64,000 nucleotides of DNA from Octopus sinensis. Its lineage: Eukaryota. The stretch spans positions 86,986,001 to 87,050,000 of the forward strand of contig NC_043001.1 of NCBI RefSeq assembly GCF_006345805.1. Reading direction: 5' to 3'. A program made the translations under genes and the position numbers. Under the pieces are notes generated by a model, which saw only the letters and a program-made list of their open reading frames with translations, did no database searches and had not been told where the DNA came from. Of the stretch, positions 54,517 to 64,000 are shown in pieces (the stretch's first letter is position 1; each line of letters opens with the position of its first letter).

Positions 54517-54657
54517 TACATTATTTACATTTGACGGATATTTGTCCTCATCTTGTTTGTTGTTAACACAACATTTCGGCTGATATACCCTCCAGCCTTC
54601 TTCAGGTGTCTTGGGGAGATTTCGAACCTATGTTCTCATTCCTAAGGTATTTTTCAA

Positions 54658-54688
<31 letters not shown>

Positions 54689-54733
54689 GTTATTGTTCAG
54701 GTCACTGCTTGGAATAATAATAATAACAATAAC

Positions 54734-54783
<50 letters not shown>

Positions 54784-54932
54784 CAACAGCAACAGCGAAA
54801 AATACTTCAGGAATGAGAACCCAGGTTCGAAATTTCCTCAAGATGCTTGAAGAAGGCTGGAGGGTATATAAGCCAAAACGTGTTAACAACAAACAAGGTG
54901 AGGACAAATATCCATCAAATGTAAATAATGTA
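54517..54932. mobile_element. Inverted Penelope-like pLTR pair, hammerhead-like motif in each arm
   Basis: ~140-bp arms around (ATT)n/(AAT)n; minus 54565-54610 reads GACAC CTGAAGA A GGCTG gagggtatat CAGCC GAAA TG TT GTGTT. Confidence 0.75.
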
Positions 54933-55245
54933 CATAATTCCTCATCTCTTAAATATAGAACTGTAATATGCTAATTGTTTAATAGTTGTATTTCATCTTT
55001 GGAAAACACCTACTCCATATAGTGTGTGTGTGTGTGTACGTGCATGCGTGTGTTTGTGAATGTATGTGTGTATGTATATATAGATATAGATATTAGCTAA
55101 ATTGAAAAATGGCTAAAAATTTGCTATATAAAATCTCTCTTGGAATCTTAATCTTAAAGTCTTGAGTATGAAGATAATATATTACAGCCACTGTTTGTTT
55201 GACATGTGTGGAATTAAGTATTGCATCAACTATTATTCAACAGTA

Positions 55246-55565
55246 CAGGTATAACACCGATTTTTCCAGAACCTTTGGTTCTAAAACCATTCCAGGTAAC
55301 TGATTTTTCCAAACCAGAGATTGTCATACACTAAATCAAACCGACATAAATTTACCTAAATAATTACATGAAATACAAATACCTGTACATTTGGTAAATT
55401 ATATAAATTATGCAATTAATACAGTACTGTACAAGATGTTAGTCTGTGCAAGGTACTAGTAAACTAGTCTGATGGTCACGAGAATTTGAAGTTCTTACTT
55501 GTAAATTTGTTCATAATATAAAAGATGCTGGGCTATCAGTGTCCAGAAAGTCAGTGTTGTACCTG
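55246..55565. mobile_element. pogo/Tigger-like MITE, TA TSD
   Basis: TA|caggtataacaccga / tcagtgttgtacctg|TA. Confidence 0.7.
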
Positions 55566-55615
55566 TATTTTGCCTTCGATCTTTAAGACAGTATGTTATT
55601 TCAAAACAAGATCAA

Positions 55616-55835
55616 CCCTTTTGTTACTGTATTTATTTTGAAATGCTCTGTATTTCTTTCAGTTACTTTAAATATAACAAAGAATTTAGTAAAATAACTT
55701 AGTTATCATTCAGCTAGTGTTAGGAACATAAATTGTGAGTAACGTTTGGTGGAAGATTTTAATTCAAAACTTATGAAAACAGGACATTTATACTCAGAGC
55801 CAGAGCCAGTTTCAGCCAGGTTGGTAACAAAAGGG
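55616..55835. mobile_element. piggyBac-like MITE, second copy (inverted relative to 30165-30386)
   Basis: tcaa|cccttttgttac...gtaacaaaaggg|TTAA. Confidence 0.85.
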
Positions 55836-56967
55836 TTAAAGAGAAATATATTCATTTTGTTATTCATCAATCTTGATACTTTATTTTTATCAACTCTGAA
55901 AGGATGAAAAGCAAAGTTGACTCTGGTGGTATTTGAACTCAAAAACATAAAAAGTTTGAAGAAATGCTGCTAAACAATTTGTTCAACATGCTAATGACTG
56001 AGTTTGTCGCTTTAATAATAATGACGATGATGATGATGATGATAGTGCTCATGGTAGTGGTGGTTGGCGCTATGATGGTGGCAGTGGCAGCAGTAGTGGC
56101 TACGGTAGTGGTGGTGACGATGACAGTGGTAGTGGTGGTGGCAGTTGTAGTTGATGGTAGTGGTGATATTTTTTCCATTTAGCATATAACATTAGTCCTG
56201 TGAGCCTTGTTTACTACAATTTTGTTTGTGCATAAAACGTCCCATTTATCTGTTTGAATGAATTCTTTGTCTGATCTCTCTCCACCACAATCTATAATTT
56301 AATTTATACTGATTTACTACATTCATGCTCAGGAATCTCATCAAATAATTTTCTCCATTTTCTCTCGTCAAAGATGATGTATAACACTGCCTTTTCTAAA
56401 ACATCAATATCATAAACAAAATATGGCTTATTTCCTGTTACTCCACACAAGCAAACATTTCACCATTATGATTCCTTGCTACTCATTATCACTTGAAAAT
56501 GTTTCAGACAAAGTATTATGTCCTTCCTGTACACATTTCTCAATGTTTTCTGCATTTCTTTGAATTAAATTCCCAAAACCAAATCCATGCTGTGTGTTCC
56601 ATTGATGTGTTCTCTTCCATAGCTTGGTTTCTTTTAAGAATGTAGAATTCTGTTCAATTGTGATTTCTTTAGGCACTGTAAATGGTTCAAGATTAACACT
56701 GAGATCCAAATGAAGTTCTTTTTTTTTCATTTTATTTTTGAATAAGTGTGCCAGCTTCTGCTGATGAATATCCATCGATAAGGTTTTTTGAAAGGAGCTG
56801 TGTGGATGGTGCAGGCATGGTTATGTAGTACCCAACAACATGACTCTGAGTGAGTTCAGTTCCACTGCTTGGTACCTTTGGCAAGTGTTTTCTACTATAC
56901 TTCTGAAGTTGACCAAAGCTTTGTTAGTGGATTTTGCAGGCAGAAACTGAAAGAAGCCTGTAGTGTG

Positions 56968-57020
<53 letters not shown>

Positions 57021-57091
57021 ACATACATACATACATACATGATATATATATATATATATATACATACATACATACTACATACATACATACA

Positions 57092-57126
<35 letters not shown>

Positions 57127-57128
57127 TT

Positions 57129-57450
57129 ACATAATTAAGGGATTAGCAAAATGTTGCATCACCACATACCGAAAATTTAGAAATAGCAGTCAAAACTACT
57201 AATTCTTCTACAACAATATATCTCCACAGACTGTCTACGGAGAGAAATATTGTAATAGAAGAATTAGTAGTTTTGACTGCTATTTCTAAATTTTTGGTAT
57301 GTGGTGAAGCAACTTTTTGCTAATCCCTTAATTATGTTTATAATTATAAAAAAAACTTTTTTGCATAAGTTTGTACCAATAATTGTCTTTTTTCCATACC
57401 GAAGCTACTTGGTAAAATTTATTAATTATTAAATTAATAATTCTTTACCC
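57129..57450. repeat. Fold-back element (palindrome 57129-57337) in (TA)n; relative at ~59220-59500
   Basis: tttagaaatagcagtcaaaactactaattcttcta / tagaagaattagtagttttgactgctatttctaaa. Confidence 0.85.
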
Positions 57451-57502
57451 TATATATATACATACACACACACACACATATATATATATATTATATATAT
57501 AT

Positions 57503-57534
<32 letters not shown>

Positions 57535-57949
57535 ATATATAATATATACATACATACATATATACATATACATATATGCATGCATATATGTGCATGCATA
57601 CATATATATACACACATATATATATATGTGTGTACATATATATATATACATACATATATTTATGTCTTTATTTATCTATCTATTTATTTATCCATATGAG
57701 TGTAATTAATAAGTACATCTAATTGATGCTTGTAAGCTGATATTTGTCAACTAATTATCTTCATTTTCTTCACTTCCTGAGCATTAAACTTATACATCTG
57801 TTTGTTGTCTACACTGCCTGTCTTCATCTTTTGTTTTTTGTGAATTCTCCCCATATACATATATATATATATACATATACACATATATATATATACATAC
57901 AAACACACATATATATATATTTACACACACATATATATGTATATATATA

Positions 57950-58256
57950 TCATGTGATCACGTGACCGATCAGACCATCAGATGTTGTTACACATCGCTG
58001 GTCACAATGCGTTCGCATTGTTTTAGCCTTCGAATGATGCCACCCCGCTGGCTAAGCGAGCAGGCCAGCAGACGAAAGAGTGGGAGAAAGAGTGGTGGAA
58101 GAGTACAGCAGGAATCAACACCCCCTGCCGGAGCCTCGTGGAGCTTTTAGGTGTTTTTGCTCAATAAACACTCACAAGGCCCGGTCTGGGAATCGAAACT
58201 GCGATCCTATGACTGCGAGTCCGCTGCCCTAACCACTGGGCCATTGCGCCTCCACA
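57950..58256 (-). mobile_element. Young tRNA-derived SINE
   Basis: Minus strand ggaggcgcaatggcccagtggttagggc..gtttcgattcccagacc; CpGs retained. Confidence 0.8.
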
Positions 58257-58297
58257 TGTAAATATATATATAAATGTATATATATATATATTATATA

Positions 58298-58507
58298 TCA
58301 TCATCATCATCGTTTAACGTCCGTTCTCCATGCTAGCATGGGTTGGACGGTTCGACCGGGGATCTGGGAAGCCAGAGGGCTGCACCAGACTCCAGTCTTA
58401 TCTGGAGCCTGGTGCAGCCTTCTGGCTTCCCAGATCCCCGGTCGAACCGTCCAACCCATGCTAGCATGGAGAACGGACGTTAAACAATGATGATGATGAT
58501 GATGATA
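58298..58507. repeat. Head-to-head fusion of two RTE-X 3' tails (near-perfect palindrome)
   Basis: (CAT)n..ctccag tcttat ctggag..(GAT)n. Confidence 0.9.
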
Positions 58508-58542
58508 TATAATATATATATATATACATATATATATACATG

Positions 58543-58588
<46 letters not shown>

Positions 58589-58742
58589 ATATATATAGAA
58601 AGCAAGACAAACAACATAAAGAATGACCCTTCATCAGTTGTTGGCTGTTTTTCTATTCTTGTATTTTGAGCATTTATATATGCTTATGATCAAACAGTTG
58701 CTCCCGCAAAGCAAATTAAATAAAATTTGGGATTGCAGAGGG

Positions 58743-58787
<45 letters not shown>

Positions 58788-58873
58788 CATTCATACATGC
58801 ATGTATATATACATATGTATATACATACATATATATATATACATATATATATATACATACACACATATATATG

Positions 58874-58919
<46 letters not shown>

Positions 58920-59174
58920 ATATTATATATACATACATACATACATACATACATACATACATACATACATACATACATACATACATACATCCATATACAC
59001 ACACATATGTGTGTGTGTATCTATGTATAAAAGGTAAAGGGTAAAGACCCCCTATGTTCATTAACAACCATGGGATTACACCTAGAAAGTTTTCCTCAGA
59101 GGCACAAGTCTTGACAAGGTTGTTTATGGAAAACCCAACACTCTAACCACTGAGTTATGCACCTATATATATAT

Positions 59175-59218
<44 letters not shown>

Positions 59219-59492
59219 CAATAATAATAAAGGGTAAAATTAATTAATTAATTAGTAATCAATAATTTCACCAAGTAGAATTTGGCATGATAAAGGACCA
59301 TTTCTCGGTAAACTTAAACAATATTTTATAATTACGAGTATAATTATAATTAGGCTTCAGCAAAAATTTGCTCTACCACATAGCAAAGTTTAGAAATAGC
59401 AGCCAAAGAATCTTATATATATACAGATCGTTAAATTAAAAATAGCTAAGGTTCTTTGGCTGCTATTTCTAAACTTTGGTATGTGGTAAAGC

Positions 59493-59526
<34 letters not shown>

Positions 59527-60169
59527 AGGAGCTCTCCACTTGACAACTAGTGTTGGCTTGCTTATATCAGCATAACTTAGCAGTTTGGCAAAAGTAACCA
59601 ATAGAATAAGTAGCAGATTAAAAGAAAATTCTTGGGCCAATACATTCAAATAAAATCATTCATGGTGGTGCCCCAGCTTGGTTGCAGTCCAATTAATGAA
59701 ACAAATAAAAGATGTAAGATGAAAGAAATGACCTCTCAAGCGATGACCTCTGATTTTTGTGCTTTTATTCATCTCTTGCTTTTGTTTTAATTTCCTTTGA
59801 TGCTCTAGTCTTCTGTGTGTGCATTACACTGATATGATTGAAGCATAAAATTCTTATTGGAGAATTATTGACTATAATAAATTCGTGTTATTTGTTGTTC
59901 TGTGGCCAAAATATTCATAATGCACATCAGCCACTTAAAAGATGAGTGTATGTGACAAAATGACAGCAGAGAGAGGGAGAGACAGAGACAGAGAAACAGA
60001 CAGACAGACAAGGTACAAACGACATCAAAAGTCTATTCGGAACTGTTAGGAGATTCTCACGTGATATAAAATGTATTTAAGAAAATCCCAAATCAAAGAT
60101 GATTAAGGGACACTTTGGGTGTCATAAATCTCCAGATTACCGACACTTAAAACAGAATAGGAAATTTTT

Positions 60170-62700
60170 ACCCACATCCTTCTTGCAAGTTAGCACGTTG
60201 GCTGCAAATGCAAGGTGATCTGGAGTCGACATGGGATCAGAAAATCCTTCTGAACGAGATCAGTCCCGGAAATCTACATGTAAAAGCTAACAAAACGATC
60301 ATAATTTTCGAGACGTACTAGTCCACGCTTCTAGCTAACAAACATAATCTGCTCCGCTTTCAGCCGGCCTAGAACGTGCAGTGTGACAGTACTGCTTCAG
60401 AAAGGCATAAACGTAGAAGTATGTACGATCTTCTTAGAGTCGAATAGTAGGTCGGTAGTCCTGTGTATATAAAGGCGGCGAGCTGGCAGAAACGTTAGCA
60501 CGCCGGGCGAAATGCTTAGCGGTATTTCGTCTGCGTTACGTTGTGAGTTCAAATTCCGCCGAGGTCGACTTTGCCTTTCATCCTTTCGGGGTCGATAAAT
60601 TAAGTACCAGTTACGCATTGGGGTCGATGTAATCGACTTAATACCTATGTCTGTCCTTGTTTGTCCCCTCTGTGTTTAGCCCCTTGTGGGTAATAAAGAA
60701 ATAGGTAGTCCTGTATATAATAAGCGATGCTTTCAAACTGATGGCCGTTTATGCTTCGATAGCAGCTAGAAAGCCGAATTTCTTCAGATATCTAGAGGCT
60801 TTCCTAGGAGCATCTCACTCATTTATGTTAGTGGGTAACCTGAATAGCTTTTTAGACATACGCAGGGATTGTATAAGAATTTCCAACTGTCATATGAATA
60901 TCAGCCATATTTCTCGAATGCACAAATATCGACTTATACAATACACAACGATTCTTTCAAATCGTATTTAGTGTTTTTAATTAGATTAACCGACAGAGAA
61001 TACGTAAGTTGTTCACAGTTTAGGTTTGTGGTTAAGCAGACTGTAAAATCGTGATATGCACTGTCAACTTAGACATGACTGAAAAAAAAAAAATATTCAA
61101 CTAAAAAGTAAAATTCTGTGAACGGGAAATTAAATACGTCTTTCTTGGCAAGGAAATATTTCAGGGATCAGGTTAGTGGCTTGTGACGAGAATGGGGATC
61201 TTTTCAAGATTGAAAAGATTGAAAAGATCCAAGAATGGTCCTTGACCGCTTCCTCGGCACGAAGTATGAAGTGTGCGTTGTTTAAGGATGCATGCACCCA
61301 AAAACGAGAGAGAGAGGTGGAGAGTGAGAGATAGAGAGGAGGGAGAATGAGAGAGAGTGAAAGAGACAGACAGGAATGACGTTAGGTGGATGCGGTTAGC
61401 GAAAATATAGCATGGCAGCAAAGTCACACATCGATCTTAGGTGGATCACAGTAGGCACATGCTATTTGTTTCTATGCGGCTTTTCAGCGATACTTTGCTG
61501 AAGTGTTCGAGAGGAGCGACGAACTGGAAACGATAGATTTTGGTTTCGATGTTGATGGTATGTCCCAACTCTCAGTCTAAGATGAAATTGCGGCAAAAAA
61601 TCGATCTTAGCAGAAGTAGATAGAGTTGTTGGTAGCTGAGAGATCGGCAAAATGAAATTCTGCGAATTTTACTGTTACAAACTATATTTGTTTACCACTG
61701 TCAAGGCAACTGTCTACTGCTGATTGGCAGAAGACGAAGAATATTTCTAGTCGAGTCATCCAAGGATTGGTGATGCTAGTGAGAAAGGACTCAGGGTGGT
61801 AAAAGCAAACAGCCACGTACCAGAAACATTTTGCATTGTGAAACTGAAGGCCAAGGAATCATACTTTCATCGCTTCTGTATGTGTTCGGTTTGGAGCATT
61901 TGTTGCAGATGTTAGAAACGTTGAGAGCCATCTCGTGCAAAGTGGGACACACGATAGTTGTGTCAGCATACGCAAACGATATCACCGTCATGGGATCTGG
62001 CATATCAAAAATCGAGTTGGCTGACATTATTCTGGGCATAACCGACTTAACCATTCAATACATGCTCCTTGACTTGGGATCTAGAGAGGTAAGTCCAAGT
62101 AAGGCAGTGGTTTTTGTCGCTGGACCAAAAATCTAGTTAAAATGCTTGAGATTTGGTTTGGAGCAGACTTCCATATAGATAAAAAGTGAGAAGAGATCGT
62201 GACAAAAGCGATTAGTCTTACTCAGAAATGGACAGAGAGAAAGCAATCGCTAGAGGTCGGGCTGAAGTAGTCAATATCTATAGTAGTAACATCTACAATT
62301 GTCGATGAACTTCGGCCTGACCATCGTGCATTGCTCCAAGACACACCTAATCACACTGGAGTGTATGCTCTATTGCTTCTTGAGGAAAGGACAAGCTCTG
62401 TCGGTTGAGATGTTTATCAGCTGCATGCGCCGAACAGAAGGGGGTTTGGGGTTTCTGTGATTGATAACGTGCAGACACGTGCTAAAGATGACATATAAAC
62501 AGAGATTTCAGGACAGTGACTGCACGTGTAGCCGTCATTTTGGGCGACATACTTTCCTGTAGTTCATATCATCGGCCGAGTTGCAGTCCTGGATGAAATA
62601 TAGATCGAGAGATACTGCCATGAACTCACGGAAATCTACTAGATGGACCTTCTTATCTGTGGAAAACCGAATTAGGGGAAGTTCTAAGAATCACAAGGAC
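60170..62700 (+). mobile_element. Highly decayed Tx1/L1-like LINE
   Basis: Endonuclease remnant AVYAS..FFRYLEAFL..LVGNLNS and RT remnant ILSSLLYVFGLEHLL..SAYANDITV. Confidence 0.75.
60474..60703 (+). mobile_element. Young tRNA-derived SINE family C with TSD
   Basis: CpG-rich; B-box-like gagttcaaattcc; flanks ggtagtcctgt(g)tatataa at 60454-60472 and 60704-60720. Confidence 0.9.
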
Positions 62701-63679
62701 TCCATAAAGCCAGGACCGTCTTAGTAACATTATTGACTCCCAGGAAAATCAGTGCCTTGGACCCTGTAGTATATACTTATTGATAGCTAGCCACAACATA
62801 CATACATCAGATTTGGCTCCAGGATATTTCCCAGTGTACCTATACTTAAAGACGACACTGCATAAAGCCTTGACACAAATTTTGGCCTTTGTACTTTGTA
62901 TTGTTCATTATAATTTGCTATGTAGAGGTGAATGAAATCAACTGAAATTAATTTGAAATTAAAATCATTTGAATATTCAATTAAGGCTTGATAGCAGTAG
63001 TGCAACATGGTTTTGACCACCTCTTCCTTAAACATAACATACCTTCGACTACAGCAAACACCCATCTGCATATTCCCCCGTGTGATCTGCATATTCCCAC
63101 GCTGCACCACTGCTTGAAACGAGAATTTGAGTTCACAATAAAATTTTTCCGTCATTAGGACGGATATTAAAGATGGTAAACTTAAATTAGATAAATCACC
63201 ATTTCAGTTTGAGGTTAATAAATATTCTATTTTCAAATATACTCATTAATCACATCGCCAATCAACATCATCAGTAACTTTTTTTTAGGTACAAAAAGCG
63301 TCAGAGAAAGCACACGCAACATAAAAAGAACTTATTAAAGAACAGCCTGTTATAGCGTATCCTTATTTTATGGCAAGGCACTGACTACTGACAACTGACT
63401 GATACATCAATTAAAGTGATCAGGTTTATACCATTACCAGGAGGAGCTGACTGACATATCACAGCCTAGTAACTAACTTACCCAGTGAACGTGATAAAAG
63501 AAGCCAGAGGAGTTAAAGTTGAATTTGACTGATGATTTGTTTAGTTAGTTACTCATAACATACCCTAATATCTAATTTCAACATTTTTTCATATATTATT
63601 CATATTATTCATAGGCCCTCAGATCACTCAAGGGGCTCTTTCGTCTACCTTTTTGTATAATCGGACCGTTATTTATATT

Positions 63680-63736
<57 letters not shown>

Positions 63737-64000
63737 AGATAGATAGATACGCATACACACCTAACCATTCATGTGTGTGCGCGTGTGCGTATGTATGGAT
63801 GTATGTAGGTATGCATGTATGTACGAAGAAAGATTTTCTTAAAATATATAAAATATCTGAATAAAACAGAACCACATAAACCTTTTGGGAGGACGCTTTC
63901 CAATTGTGTTAAGCACTTTCGCTGTTCAAAGCTTTTCAAACACACGAATTATGGGGTAATCTATACAGAAGTCGTTTTTAGTCGCAATGTTTAGTAGTAA

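Noticed and set aside
60474-60560. tRNA gene calls for SINE heads (also 19145, 41554, 58190)
   Set aside because: They have A/B-box-like motifs but continue into SINE bodies with tails or TSDs, and no complete cloverleaf is evident.
62710-63640. 122-aa ORF 62787-63155 / possible hAT remnant
   Set aside because: No convincing motif, paired TIR or TSD; the ORF includes a short tandem duplication (RGNMQ x2).

Overview
Eukaryotic, very repeat-dense intronic or intergenic DNA, most consistent with an octopus (coleoid cephalopod) genome. That call is inferred from the mix of tRNA-SINEs, RTE-X LINE tails and pervasive (TA)n/(CA)n/(GAT)n microsatellites. No intact host gene or active transposon ORF is visible, and nearly all listed ORFs are microsatellite translations. 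The window holds decayed Tc1/mariner elements (DD34D, DD37D, and a Tc1-type element with DD36E spacing), piggyBac-, hAT- and pogo-like MITEs, RTE-X/RTE/CR1/R4/Tx1 LINE remnants, and three SINE families with many nested insertions. The most notable signal is about 10 minimal type-I hammerhead-ribozyme-like motifs from several unrelated short repeat families. Most have palindromic stem III, as in Penelope pLTRs and non-LTR retrozymes. They include an inverted-plus-tandem ~406-bp unit at 33.15-34.05 kb whose best copy has an intact core, and core variants (U3:A8, G3:U8, U6). Also noted: many fold-back palindromes, a 50-bp tandem array with hypervariable slots fused to a DD37D transposase, a 445-bp tandem duplication and a candidate 15-nt microexon.
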